64,000 nt of DNA from an uncultured Rhodospirillaceae bacterium (lineage in GTDB: Bacteria > Pseudomonadota > Alphaproteobacteria > Rhodospirillales > UBA2165): positions 2,208 to 66,207 of the forward strand of contig CAZXSC010000004.1 in NCBI GenBank assembly GCA_964643045.1, given 5' to 3'. Made by a program: the position numbers and the translations under genes. Shown here piece after piece: positions 8,768 to 19,330 of this stretch; the first letter of the stretch is position 1, and each line of letters opens with the position of its first letter. The notes below the pieces were generated by a model. It saw nothing but the letters and a program-made list of their open reading frames with translations. It did not search any database and was not told the DNA's origin.

Positions 8768-11700
8768 CTATGCACGGGATTGCAATGAGGGCTTAAGCTT
8801 GTTTCCCAAATCATCCAATGATGCAATAAACGCTGGTACTACAAACAAAATTAACAAAGTTGCAACGCCGAGACCAAACACGATCGTGATGGCCATTGGT
8901 ATTAGAAACTGAGCCTGGATACTCCTCTCAAATAATAGCGGCATCAAACCACCAATTGTCGTAGCCGAGGTTAAAACGATTGGGCGCAAACGATCACATG
9001 AAGCATCTATGATAGCCTCCAAGAGATCAGTTTTTTTTACCTTTTCATCAATTGTCGTGACCAGAATTATCGAACCATTAATGATAATGCCTGACAGCCC
9101 TATCAAACCAACCAGGCTTAAAATGGTCAGTGTATAGCCCAAAAGCCAATGACCAAATGCCGCTCCAATAAACCCCATAGGAATAACCGCCATTACAACA
9201 ATTGGCCTGGTGTAACTGGCAAACGCCCAAGCAAGAACAATATAAATCCCAACGAGCCCAATTAGCGCACCAAGCTTCATATCAGAAAATGTTTCTCCCT
9301 GCTCTTCAGCTTTACCCGAAAAGCCAACCTTTAAACCAGCACGGCCGGCAATGTCATAAACGCCATCGCGCCTTATAGCGGAAAGTATTTTATCGACGGA
9401 CGTAATCGAAGCGTCTATCTCGGCAGTAATAGCAATTTGGCGAGTTCCGTCTTCTCGTTTGATTTTAGCAAATCCAACTGCCTCTCGAGATGAAACTATT
9501 TGGGATAACGGTATCTCCTGACCACCTGGAGCCCTAACATGAAGTGTCTCAAGAACGGTCGACGTTACCTCGGCTCGTGGGTACATCACCCGGACCGCAA
9601 CCTCTTCATTTTGGCGAGCAAATCTCTTTGCGATTTTACCTTCAATTGCATTACGAAGCTTTCTTCCAATACTTTCAGTTGAAAATCCAAGGGACCTACC
9701 CCGCTGATTAACGCTCAAAATCGTTTCTCGTTTCCCGTAAGGAAGGTCATCCTCAACATTACTTACGCCAGGATAACGCTCGAGTATTTTCATCACTTGA
9801 TTTGCGGCATTTTTCAGTTTACTCGTATTGGACCCCATTAGCCGTATATCGATATCACGACCCGGAGGACCACCCCTAATTTCTTGTATTGTTATTGTTT
9901 TAAGTCCTGCAAGATTTTGTACTTCCGCTCTCCAAGCTTCAATAAATTGCACTGTCCTGACAGACCTCTTGTCCGCCGTAAGAAGCGATAATTCGAGCCC
10001 TCCTGTTGTATCTTCAGGAACGCTGGATAAAGGTGAATTCATGTTGCCAGAGACCTTGACACCAACTTTAGTCATAATCATTTGAATGAGGTTGTTTTCC
10101 TCTCCGGCCAACTTCTCTGCCGATACGTAAGCGGCCCTTTCGACCTCCTCTAGCATCAAAATTGTTTGGTCTCGGGGTGTCCCGGAAACCATCTTTACAT
10201 TGACGACGATTTTATCGGACTCGGGAGTGGGAAAGAAATTAAATCCTACCCTCCCTCCAGCAACGAGGCCCACCGCGCTCAAAAACAGTGCAAATACCAG
10301 TGCTAAAGTCGCATAACGCCATTCAATACTGAGTTTAACCAGTTTTCGAAACTTAACGTCTCTAAGATTAGCAAACCAATTATCAAACCAATTTCTAAAT
10401 TTTTCATATGGCCTGAAACCCAGATTTTTTATTTCCATACCATGGTTGAGGTGGCCAGGGAGCACGTAAAAACACTCTAACAAACTCGCGACTAACACCG
10501 CCACGATTACCAAGGGAATAGCTGAAATAACCTGGCCGATAATTCCAGCTATGAGTATTAGTGGCAAAAAAGCACAAATGGTCGTTAAGGATGCGCTAAC
10601 AACCGGAGCAGCCATTCGGCGAGCTCCTAAGATCGCAGCTACGAGCGAACTTTGACCGGTCTGTTTTTGATAGTCCGTATGCTCGCCAACGACTATCGCA
10701 TCATCCACCACGATACCGAGGGCCATAATGAGCCCAAATAAACTTATCATATTAATCGATTGTCCAGTCGCAAACATAACGCCTAAGGTTGCCATAAAAC
10801 AAATAGGAATGCCCAATAGAACCCAAATTGCTACTGATGCCCGTAGAAATAAAAATAATATGAATGCAACAATAATCAAACCGCCAATAGCGTTATTAAG
10901 TAGCAAATTTATTCTTTCACCAAGAAGGTCTGTAGCCGAATCATACCTTTCTATAGACAAATTAGCGGGTGCTGTTTTTGTGATTTCTTCAAGAAACGCA
11001 TCTACTTTCGATGCAAGAACAAGCGCATCAGTGTCCAAAGCCCGCATAAGATGTAATTCAATAGCTGGGGAACCCCTTCGCAAAGCAATAGCGGCTGCCT
11101 CTTTAAATCCCTCTGTTACGTTGGCGATATCCCCGAGATAAATCTTTCGGCCATCATCCGAAGATTTAATTTCTATACGGCGCAAACCATCCGCATCGGT
11201 TAAAAGTCCTAGACTCCTAATCTGGCGCAATCCTTTACCTACATTCCCGGATGGAAGGTCTACAGATGTTTCGCCGATTTTCTTGGAAATGTCACTTAAG
11301 GTTAAATCAAGCCGTCTCAACGTTTTTTCTTGGGCTTCAACCCATATCTCTTGATCACGGCTCCCAAAAATTTCTATTCGATCAATCCCTCTAGCCAATA
11401 GGTTGTCCCGAAATTCTCTAGCATATGCCTTCAGCGCCACCTCCGATACATCGCCAGAAATCGACAGTTTAGATATCGTTTCATACCGCACTATACGCTT
11501 AATTATTGGTTTCCGAGTATCTACGGGCAAGGTCGTAATTCGAGAAACAGCCGCCTCCACATTTGATAAGGCAGATTGCATTTCCGCACCCGCTTCAAAT
11601 TCAATTGAAATTGATGCAATGCCTTCAGAGGAGGTTGTCCGAACTCTCTTTACAGAGTCAAGAAAGCGAACCTCTGGTTCAACCAATTGGACTATATTTG

Positions 11701-11923
11701 TGTCTACATCTTCTGAGTTAGCCCCAGGCCATTCAATAGATACGGTGACAACATCGATCCCAAAGCTCGGCAAAAACTGTGAATTCATCTTGATGGTTCC
11801 CCAGAAGCCCGCGATAATCATCAAGATCATTAACAAGTTTGCTGATGTTGGATGCCTTGCGAATAATGCGATTGGCCCGGGTTTTATAACTGGAATTTCC
11901 TCGTGTTCTGTGTCTGTAGTCAT
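8768..11923 (-). CDS. RND efflux transporter permease (AcrB/AcrD/AcrF family)
   Basis: 1051 aa with the typical 12-TM, two-large-periplasmic-loop layout. The start overlaps the stop of the upstream adaptor gene by 4 nt. Confidence 0.9.
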   Translation of the reverse strand: MTTDTEHEEIPVIKPGPIALFARHPTSANLLMILMIIAGFWGTIKMNSQFLPSFGIDVVTVSIEWPGANSEDVDTNIVQLVEPEVRFLDSVKRVRTTSSEGIASISIEFEAGAEMQSALSNVEAAVSRITTLPVDTRKPIIKRIVRYETISKLSISGDVSEVALKAYAREFRDNLLARGIDRIEIFGSRDQEIWVEAQEKTLRRLDLTLSDISKKIGETSVDLPSGNVGKGLRQIRSLGLLTDADGLRRIEIKSSDDGRKIYLGDIANVTEGFKEAAAIALRRGSPAIELHLMRALDTDALVLASKVDAFLEEITKTAPANLSIERYDSATDLLGERINLLLNNAIGGLIIVAFILFLFLRASVAIWVLLGIPICFMATLGVMFATGQSINMISLFGLIMALGIVVDDAIVVGEHTDYQKQTGQSSLVAAILGARRMAAPVVSASLTTICAFLPLILIAGIIGQVISAIPLVIVAVLVASLLECFYVLPGHLNHGMEIKNLGFRPYEKFRNWFDNWFANLRDVKFRKLVKLSIEWRYATLALVFALFLSAVGLVAGGRVGFNFFPTPESDKIVVNVKMVSGTPRDQTILMLEEVERAAYVSAEKLAGEENNLIQMIMTKVGVKVSGNMNSPLSSVPEDTTGGLELSLLTADKRSVRTVQFIEAWRAEVQNLAGLKTITIQEIRGGPPGRDIDIRLMGSNTSKLKNAANQVMKILERYPGVSNVEDDLPYGKRETILSVNQRGRSLGFSTESIGRKLRNAIEGKIAKRFARQNEEVAVRVMYPRAEVTSTVLETLHVRAPGGQEIPLSQIVSSREAVGFAKIKREDGTRQIAITAEIDASITSVDKILSAIRRDGVYDIAGRAGLKVGFSGKAEEQGETFSDMKLGALIGLVGIYIVLAWAFASYTRPIVVMAVIPMGFIGAAFGHWLLGYTLTILSLVGLIGLSGIIINGSIILVTTIDEKVKKTDLLEAIIDASCDRLRPIVLTSATTIGGLMPLLFERSIQAQFLIPMAITIVFGLGVATLLILFVVPAFIASLDDLGNKLKPSLQSRA

Positions 11924-13200
11924 TTAGACTCCACCCGCAGTCCAGACGCAATCTTCGGAAATGGCCGAGTAATCACCATTTTATCGTGTAGTCCAGAACC
12001 GCGTATTAAAACTGAATGCGCCCCTGTTCGGACTAGCTCAACTCTTATCTCTTTGACGCGCCCCTTTTCGATCACATAAATGAAGTTTCTCCGAACCACA
12101 GCCGTATCTGGAACCTGGGCCACATTCTCATACAATCGCGATGGTATAATCAATTCGACAAAAGCTCCTGGCCTAAGGGCTGTAGTTAATTTGATATCCT
12201 TCAATCGGGCATAAACATCAACACCACCGCCCGCAGCATCAATCTCTGCACCTACCCGCTGAATACTAGCTTTATAGGCAATAGCCTGGTTTCCAATATT
12301 CCATTTTACTTTTATTCCTTTCCCAATTAGTTCAGAGCTTCCAATATTATCAGCAGCAATCTTTCTGTTATTCTTAATCAAGGCTGAGAAATCGCGTTCA
12401 CTCAAACGAAATTTAACCTCTAAGCGTTTGGCTTCAATTAAACGTGCCAAACGATCATTGGTTCCGACCCGCTGTCCCGTCGAAACATCTGCGTTCGCAA
12501 GGAATCCATCAAAAGGTGTATTTATGGTCGTTTCGTCCAAATTACGTTTAGCTAATTTTAGCGCAGACTGCGCTCTTATCGACGAGGCCTTTTGTTGATT
12601 TAAGCGGTTTCTCAATCGTAAAATTACTTGCTGCCGAACAGCAAAATTCTTTGCTGTATCGTTGTAAGTGAGCTCCGCGTCATCTAGGGATTTCCGCGAG
12701 GCAGATCCTTTTTTTACAAGTTTGCGGCGTCTTTCCAAATTTCGTTTGCGGAGGGATAATTGTGAACCGGTTATCTTTAGGAGTTTTGTTTCGTATTTAA
12801 TTTCACCTTCGGTCTCTGCTATCCGCGTCAGAACCTCGTTAAGGGCTGCCTTATTATCCTCAACCTTGACCTCATAATCAAAAGAATCAATTTTTACGAG
12901 AAGCTGGCCCTTTCTTACAATTGAACCTTCAAAATAATTTGGCGCAACTTCAATAATACGACCCGCAACTAAAGGCCTTAAATCCGCCTGACTTCCAGCA
13001 ACGATAGTGCCGAATTCTCTTATCACAGGCCGAATGCTCGAAACTTTTATGATTTGAGTGGCTACTGGCCAAATCTTTTCTTTCGCTGGTTCGGCAATCA
13101 CTAATGGTGCAGTTAAACGCAAGACAACCAAAATAACAGCGCCTAAAATTACAATACCCAGTGCCATACCAACATGCTTAATTTTTTTATTTACTGCCAT
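11920..13200 (-). CDS. RND efflux periplasmic adaptor (HlyD/MFP family)
   Basis: 426 aa with an N-terminal TM anchor, a long coiled-coil segment (KLLKITGSQLSLRKRNLERRRKL...) and a beta-barrel C-terminus. Translationally coupled to the RND permease. Confidence 0.85.
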   Translation of the reverse strand: MAVNKKIKHVGMALGIVILGAVILVVLRLTAPLVIAEPAKEKIWPVATQIIKVSSIRPVIREFGTIVAGSQADLRPLVAGRIIEVAPNYFEGSIVRKGQLLVKIDSFDYEVKVEDNKAALNEVLTRIAETEGEIKYETKLLKITGSQLSLRKRNLERRRKLVKKGSASRKSLDDAELTYNDTAKNFAVRQQVILRLRNRLNQQKASSIRAQSALKLAKRNLDETTINTPFDGFLANADVSTGQRVGTNDRLARLIEAKRLEVKFRLSERDFSALIKNNRKIAADNIGSSELIGKGIKVKWNIGNQAIAYKASIQRVGAEIDAAGGGVDVYARLKDIKLTTALRPGAFVELIIPSRLYENVAQVPDTAVVRRNFIYVIEKGRVKEIRVELVRTGAHSVLIRGSGLHDKMVITRPFPKIASGLRVESK

Positions 13201-13263
13201 TTATAAAACCCCAAATCTTATTGATGTGTGTTCTAAATGTTCTGACCTAAAAAAGCGAGTGAA

Positions 13264-14358
13264 TTAACGGTAACGCACGACATTTTTTCTAGGAATAATC
13301 CGTGTCTCACCAATTTTGAAGACCCATAGCCGCTCAGCTGGGATTTTTAGTTTTTTACCACCTTCCTTAAAACGCCGGATCGCCTCTACTGGTGCATCAT
13401 CCCCTAATTGTACTGTACCCCAATGCATTGCTAAATGATTTAAGGACTTCAAATCATGCCCAATACGAATACAGTCCTCTGGAACACAATGGGCACCATG
13501 CATAACAACACGGGGCAAAAATGCACCTATTGATAGTAAAGATAGATCAAAACCTCCGTATTTTTTTGCCATCTTTTTATAGATTGGGCCATATTCCGCA
13601 TCTCCGCCAAAATAGACCCTTGTACCAGAAGACCCTTCAATTGCCCAACCAGCCCACAAGGTGTCGTTCGTATAGAATAAAGATCTTTTAGACCAATGGA
13701 TAACAGGCAAGGCAGTAAACGTTATCTGCGACTCTACCACCGATTCCTCCCAATCTAACTCAATAACCTTCCCATACCCATGTTCATAAAAATATTTCCC
13801 AATTCCGAGAGGTACGATAGCAGTTATGCTTTTGCGATCAGGTAACGTTGCTATAGTGGGAAGATCGAGGTGATCAAAGTGGCTATGCGATATTACCACG
13901 AAATCAATTTTGGGTAATTCCTCAATTGCTAACGCGGGTTTTACATAACGTTTAGGGCCAAGCGGCCGAATTGGCGACGCATAACTGGTAAGCCAAGGAT
14001 CGGTTAGAACCGCTTTACCATCAATTCGTAACAACGCTGTCATGTGGCCGAGCCAGGTAACGGTATCATATTCAGAAGAACGTTCTAAACCCTCAATAAC
14101 CTTAAATTTCGGCAACACGTGATCAGGTGGAACATCGGGCGGATCTCTGAACATCAAATAAAAAGGCCGTCCCAAAAGCCAAGGTAAGCGCTCTGCCCAA
14201 GTATATTTCTTAGGACTACCTTCAGGATTACGGAACCCGTCTGTCGTATGATGCCACGGCTTACCAGACCGTTGCTCTACGCCAGAGCAGTTCACAATTA
14301 ATATTAAACAAATAATGCCGAACGTATACTTAAATATACGCATTTGACGTTTAATCAC
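13264..14358 (-). CDS. MBL-fold metallo-hydrolase, NAPE-PLD-like, probable lipoprotein
   Basis: HxHxDH motif as VISHSHFDHLD. The N-terminal signal has a lipobox-like LIVNCSG. It lies 63 nt upstream of the RND adaptor gene on the same strand. Confidence 0.75.
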   Translation of the reverse strand: MIKRQMRIFKYTFGIICLILIVNCSGVEQRSGKPWHHTTDGFRNPEGSPKKYTWAERLPWLLGRPFYLMFRDPPDVPPDHVLPKFKVIEGLERSSEYDTVTWLGHMTALLRIDGKAVLTDPWLTSYASPIRPLGPKRYVKPALAIEELPKIDFVVISHSHFDHLDLPTIATLPDRKSITAIVPLGIGKYFYEHGYGKVIELDWEESVVESQITFTALPVIHWSKRSLFYTNDTLWAGWAIEGSSGTRVYFGGDAEYGPIYKKMAKKYGGFDLSLLSIGAFLPRVVMHGAHCVPEDCIRIGHDLKSLNHLAMHWGTVQLGDDAPVEAIRRFKEGGKKLKIPAERLWVFKIGETRIIPRKNVVRYR

Positions 14359-14402
14359 CTTTACAGTTTTGAATTGAACAACCTAGGATTATTATATAAC
14401 AG

Positions 14403-14441
14403 CCAAAAAGAAAACTATCTTATGCCCACAGTGGTTTTCTT
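14403..14441 (-). terminator. Candidate intrinsic terminator downstream of ndk
   Basis: On the minus strand: AAGAAAAC-(18 nt loop)-GUUUUCUU followed by UUUGG, starting 15 nt after the ndk stop. The stem is A/U-rich and the loop is large, so support is weak. Confidence 0.3.
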
Positions 14442-14455
14442 AAAGCAAATGTCCG

Positions 14456-14878
14456 TTAGCCAGCAATCTCTATTTGAGAAAAGAAGTATTTAATTTCCTC
14501 TACAGCCGTTTCCGGTGCGTCTGAGCCATGGACAGAATTTGCCTCGACCGTCTCAGCAAAATCTTTACGGATTGTACCTTCATCAGCATTAGCAGGGTTC
14601 GTTGCACCCATGATTTCGCGATTTTTTGCAATAGCATCCTCACCTTCCAAAACTTGTACAACGACGGGTCCGGAAATCATAAAATCGCATAAATCATCAA
14701 AAAAGGCTCGCTCTTTATGAACCGCATAAAAACCTTGAGCTTGCCCAAGCGTTAATTGAAGGCGTTTTTGTGCTATGACGCGAAGACCAGCCTCTTCAAA
14801 CCGTGCATTGATCTGACCCGTCAGATTACGGCGGGTCGCATCTGGCTTGATTATTGATAATGTTCGCTCAGTGGTCAT
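14456..14878 (-). CDS. ndk: Nucleoside-diphosphate kinase
   Basis: 140 aa. N-terminal [11 protein letters not shown] and the active-site motif NSVHGSD. Confidence 0.95.
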   Translation of the reverse strand: MTTERTLSIIKPDATRRNLTGQINARFEEAGLRVIAQKRLQLTLGQAQGFYAVHKERAFFDDLCDFMISGPVVVQVLEGEDAIAKNREIMGATNPANADEGTIRKDFAETVEANSVHGSDAPETAVEEIKYFFSQIEIAG

Positions 14879-15137
14879 TTACCACGCACCTCTTCTAATT
14901 CTTCAAGGGTTACTCAACATCAGCAGTTTGCCGAAAACCGAGCGCTTATAGCTTGATCGCACGCTGGTGGCAACTAATTATTTTATCTATCCCTAATGTT
15001 GATAACCTTCTCCCCAAACTCTCTGCCGTTCTTCACTTCGACATACACTGCACGTTAGTAAATTAGCTTGCCGTGAGGGCATAGAATATTTTATCTAAAC
15101 ACCAGTCTATAATCTTCATGTGATTAGGAGCTCTGAT

Positions 15138-16061
15138 ATGGATATACCAGAAAAATTTTTAGGAGTTTTAACACCGGTCATCACACCATTTAGGAGAGAT
15201 TTTTCACCAGATCCGGAACGTTTACTCCAGCAATGTAAATGGATGCTCTCTCAAAATGTTGGTTTAGCCGTGTTTGGGACCAATAGTGAAGCCAACTCGC
15301 TATCTACCGATGAAAAAATCCGGTTAATGGATTTTCTTGTTGATGGGGGTGTAGACCCGGGCCGTATGATGCCAGGAACTGGCTGTTGTGCCCTATCCGA
15401 TAGTGTCAAGCTCACAAAACATGCCGTAGAAATAGGTGCGGGAGGCACATTAATGCTGCCACCGTTCTATTATAAAGATATTAGCGACGAAGGTATATAT
15501 GCAAATTTTTCGGAAATAATTCAACAAGTTGGAAATTCCAGTCTTCGAATCTACCTATATCATATTCCTCCCGTATCAAACGTACCACTTAATCTTTCTC
15601 TCATAGAAAGGTTAATCAAAGAATATCCTGATACTATCGTGGGAATCAAAGATAGCTCGGGAGACTGGAACAATACGAAAGCCATGCTTGATGCTGGTTG
15701 GGAGGATTTTAGAATTTTTGTCGGTGCCGAAACTTTTTTACTCGACAACATGCGTAATGGCGGTGCTGGCTGCATTTCCGCCACTGCGAATGTAAACCCT
15801 GCCGCTATCCACAAATTGTTTATAGAATGGCAATCAGACCATGCAACGAAGCTTCAAACAGAACTCAACGTTGTTCGCGATATATTTCGATCTTACCCGA
15901 TGATCGCAGCACTCAAAGCAGCGACGGCAGTCTATAGTGACGATGTAAATTGGCTACGAGTACGCCCTCCCCTAACTCCCCTAAACAGCAACCAAGCAAA
16001 AGAGCTTAAAAAAAAGCTAAGAGATATAAATTTCACTATGCCCGGCATAAAAAAATCATAA
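15138..16061 (+). CDS. Dihydrodipicolinate synthase / N-acetylneuraminate lyase family protein
   Basis: Class I aldolase pattern: GTNSEANSLS, YHIP, and the Schiff-base lysine context VGIKDSSG. ATG 15138 is preceded by AGGAG (15126-15130), so it is preferred over GTG 15120. Confidence 0.75.
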   Translation: MDIPEKFLGVLTPVITPFRRDFSPDPERLLQQCKWMLSQNVGLAVFGTNSEANSLSTDEKIRLMDFLVDGGVDPGRMMPGTGCCALSDSVKLTKHAVEIGAGGTLMLPPFYYKDISDEGIYANFSEIIQQVGNSSLRIYLYHIPPVSNVPLNLSLIERLIKEYPDTIVGIKDSSGDWNNTKAMLDAGWEDFRIFVGAETFLLDNMRNGGAGCISATANVNPAAIHKLFIEWQSDHATKLQTELNVVRDIFRSYPMIAALKAATAVYSDDVNWLRVRPPLTPLNSNQAKELKKKLRDINFTMPGIKKS

Positions 16062-16100
16062 AATATTAGAAATGCCTCAGTGATAAATAATTTCATTTGG

Positions 16101-16553
16101 CTATCCATATTTCTCCTCCCATTTCCCTTGGTCAGTTTGTTGCCAATAATGTAGTTCATGACCGGCATCCTTGTACACGTTCCATCGTACCCGCGCGGCC
16201 CCAACAGAGGCACTGTTATTTCCGTCAAACAAATCGAAACAGCGATCAAAATGCCCAACATCACCAACCTCAACTCCGTCAATTAAGAAAACAAACGAAG
16301 CATCATTTGGATTATCCGACCCTATAGTTAACCAAATCGGTTGGTCCTCAGCGTACCTATCTTTCTCCATGCCATGAGGTAACCAACTATCATTATCCTG
16401 ACCCCAAAGGATAGAACTTAGTGCTGACAGTTGGTCAGCTGAGCCTGCTCGCACCAAAGCCCTATTGCCAGAATCCAGAGTAAATTGGAGAAGTTTGGGA
16501 AGCGCCTCTCCAAGGGTACTGTGTCGTAGATGATAAAATGCGACATGGGTCAT
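16101..16553 (-). CDS. holC: DNA polymerase III subunit chi
   Basis: 150 aa. N-terminal VAFYHL-type start. It lies immediately downstream of pepA, the canonical pepA-holC arrangement. Confidence 0.8.
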   Translation of the reverse strand: MTHVAFYHLRHSTLGEALPKLLQFTLDSGNRALVRAGSADQLSALSSILWGQDNDSWLPHGMEKDRYAEDQPIWLTIGSDNPNDASFVFLIDGVEVGDVGHFDRCFDLFDGNNSASVGAARVRWNVYKDAGHELHYWQQTDQGKWEEKYG

Positions 16554-16650
16554 TAGACTAAACTCGAAAAAATAGAACTAATGCAACTAGGCTCAGCAAA
16601 ATATTATTATTTAGCAGGTTCTTATTACCTAAATTATTCGCGATTAGACG

Positions 16651-18153
16651 CTAATTCTCATAATGATTGGCGACCAGGCGATCAAGCAATCTCACGCCAA
16701 ATCCTGTCCCACCTTTTGGCACCGTAGGCTTGTCCGATTTGGACCAAGTAACTCCGGCAATATCCAAATGGGCCCAAGGGGTTTTGCCAACAAAACGTTT
16801 CAAAAACTGAGCTGCCGTAATGCTTCCGGCTCCGCGACCCCCAATATTTTGCATATCGGCAACTTGGGAATTGATCATTTTGTCGTATTCTTCACCAAGG
16901 GGTAAACGCCATAATTTTTCCTCAACATCCTCCCCAGCTTTAATTAACCTAGTTGATAATTGATCATTATTAGAGAATAGGCCCGCATGATGATTGCCAA
17001 GTGATACGATGATAGCCCCCGTGAGCGTTGCTAGGTTAACCATAAATTTTGGTTTAAAGCGCAGGTTTGTATAGTGCAAAGCATCTGCCAAAACCAAACG
17101 CCCCTCAGCATCTGTATTCAAAACCTCAACAGTCTGCCCAGACATGGACGTAATAATATCACCAGGGCGCTGCGCATTGCCGCCCGGCATATTCTCTACC
17201 AAACCAACTACACCAACGGCATTGACTTTAGCCTTGCGACCGGCAAGCGCCTTCATAAGCCCGATAACAACACCAGATCCACCCATATCCCATTTCATAT
17301 CTTCCATTCCTGCTGAGGGTTTAATTGAAATCCCCCCGGTATCGAACGTAACACCTTTACCAACAAATGCTAGAGGCCGAGCAACCTTGCCTTTAGTCTT
17401 CACCCCTCCATTCCATCGCATTACAACCAAGCGGGATTCGCGGATACTACCTTGGCCAACACCAAGCAATGCTCCCATCCCTAGTCTCCGCATTTGAGAT
17501 TCCCCAAGTATCTGCACTGTCACACCCAATTTTTCTAGAGACTTAGCCTGCCTAGCTAATGTGTCGGGATAAAGAATATTTGACGGCTCGGAAACCAAAT
17601 CACGAGTAAAAAAGACACCTGATGCAACCTTAGAAAGGACCAGATATTTTTTACGTGCATTCGCAAATCCCACACAAGATATGTTTAATGATTTAATGTT
17701 AGGTTTGTTCTCAGATTTTAGATTTGTCTTATATTTATCAAACCTGTAGGAACGAAGGCTTGCGCCAAAACCAATTTCCACTGCCATTTCCATGGCGGTC
17801 ATTTTAGCTTCTCTAACCGAATCCAAAACAACTGTGACCAATCCTTTTTTTGCTTGGTAGGTTCCAGCATAAATCCTACCACCAAGCTTCTGCATTTCAA
17901 GTTGTGTTGTCTCAGTTGGCTTGCCAATACCCATTAACAAAATACGATCAATCCGTGTACCTGCCGGTGCGATAATATTTAATGATTGGCCTTTCTTTCC
18001 TTCAAAACGACTAGCTCGAATAGCGCGCCGAATGGCCCCGCCAGATTTTTTATCTAATCTAATGGCAAAATTAGATAATTTTCCATCGGTACCTACTAAG
18101 ACAACAACGATCCCTGTCGCTGGTAATCCTGGTTTCACAAATGAGATTTTCAT
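16651..18153 (-). CDS. pepA: Leucyl aminopeptidase (M17)
   Basis: 500 aa. M17 signature NTDAEGRLVLADAL plus GKGVTFDTGG. Confidence 0.95.
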   Translation of the reverse strand: MKISFVKPGLPATGIVVVLVGTDGKLSNFAIRLDKKSGGAIRRAIRASRFEGKKGQSLNIIAPAGTRIDRILLMGIGKPTETTQLEMQKLGGRIYAGTYQAKKGLVTVVLDSVREAKMTAMEMAVEIGFGASLRSYRFDKYKTNLKSENKPNIKSLNISCVGFANARKKYLVLSKVASGVFFTRDLVSEPSNILYPDTLARQAKSLEKLGVTVQILGESQMRRLGMGALLGVGQGSIRESRLVVMRWNGGVKTKGKVARPLAFVGKGVTFDTGGISIKPSAGMEDMKWDMGGSGVVIGLMKALAGRKAKVNAVGVVGLVENMPGGNAQRPGDIITSMSGQTVEVLNTDAEGRLVLADALHYTNLRFKPKFMVNLATLTGAIIVSLGNHHAGLFSNNDQLSTRLIKAGEDVEEKLWRLPLGEEYDKMINSQVADMQNIGGRGAGSITAAQFLKRFVGKTPWAHLDIAGVTWSKSDKPTVPKGGTGFGVRLLDRLVANHYEN

Positions 18154-18263
18154 GCAGTCCTCACTGAAATAACACGTTTAGTAAAATTGTTTGGACTGAA
18201 TGTAACTGCCACCGACAGAAAGAAAAAGCCCAGATTTAATTTAATAGCTAAGTCCACAAATTA

Positions 18264-19235
18264 TTAATCTGTTTCTTTTTTTGCTTTTGCTCTTTTATGA
18301 CCATCAATTAACCAAAGCAAGCCACCGGGAAGCGAAAAAATTATACAGACAAATCCAAAAAAAAGAGAAGCTATAAAGGCATCACTTTCTATTACACCAA
18401 CGAAAGCGAAAGCTCCAATCATCGCGCCCTCACGCACTCCCCAACCTGCTATTGAGATTGGCAGAATGGTTATTAGCATTACAGGTGGAACCAAAACCAA
18501 ACAATCTAGAAAAGATACTTCGATTTTCAGAGCACTAAAGGTAAAAAAAGCAACCACGGCGAGCAAAATATTTCCCGTTGCACCTAATAAGATCGCTTTG
18601 AATGCGTGTATTGGTGAAAAAAAAAGTTTTCGTGTATCAGTGGCAAGGAGTGTTAGCCACCCTATAATGCGCCATGCATGAAAACGCTTAGGCAAAAAAC
18701 CGAGCAAGATTAAACCCAGAATCCCGAACAGGGCAATTCCAGCTAGTGAAGGAAAGATGTATTTAGCTGCATTATCCCCAACTCGAGCTAGTAAGAACGG
18801 TTGACTAGCTGCGACCAATAATACTAAACCCGTAACGGTGGCAATACGTTCCAACATTACACCAGTAATAGCACTTTTTACATCAATTCCAGCTTTTCGA
18901 CTCAAAAAAATTCTAAAACCATCTCCGCCAATCGAAGATGGTAACGTCTGGTTAAAAAATGCTGCGATATACATAATTTTTATGATAATTTTAAGATGCA
19001 AGTCAGCGTGGATTGCATTCAAAACAATCATCCAACGTACAGAATTGTTAAAAATCTGTACCCCAAGAACAGCAAATGCCCAAAATACATAGGTATACTG
19101 AATTTCCTCCAATCGAGCCTTCACAAGTTCGAGCTCGAGTTCAAAATTGGATACAATAAACCAAATTAAAACTGTCGAAACGATAAATTTTAGGGCGAAA
19201 ATCAATAACTTCTTATTCATATAATTCCAGAACAA
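18264..19235 (-). CDS. Lysylphosphatidylglycerol-synthase-TM-region (flippase-like, UPF0104) membrane protein
   Basis: 323 aa with ~8 TM helices, resembling the MprF N-terminal or AglD2-like domain and lacking the aminoacyl-transferase domain. ATG 19220 is an alternative start. Confidence 0.6.
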   Translation of the reverse strand: MFWNYMNKKLLIFALKFIVSTVLIWFIVSNFELELELVKARLEEIQYTYVFWAFAVLGVQIFNNSVRWMIVLNAIHADLHLKIIIKIMYIAAFFNQTLPSSIGGDGFRIFLSRKAGIDVKSAITGVMLERIATVTGLVLLVAASQPFLLARVGDNAAKYIFPSLAGIALFGILGLILLGFLPKRFHAWRIIGWLTLLATDTRKLFFSPIHAFKAILLGATGNILLAVVAFFTFSALKIEVSFLDCLVLVPPVMLITILPISIAGWGVREGAMIGAFAFVGVIESDAFIASLFFGFVCIIFSLPGGLLWLIDGHKRAKAKKETD

Positions 19236-19330
19236 TGTGTGTGCCTTTTTACAATACTTAACACGGGTATTTTTAACTCAACTATTTAGATCAATAAATC
19301 TACCGGCAAGAAAATGGTGCTATTTCAACA

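Noticed and set aside
11403-11927. 174-aa ORF antisense to the RND permease. Similar antisense ORFs occur at 10728-11141, 40480-40905 (in fabD) and 31549-31971 (in surA).
   Set aside because: All are embedded opposite high-confidence genes, have no start context and no recognisable domains. They are shadow ORFs.
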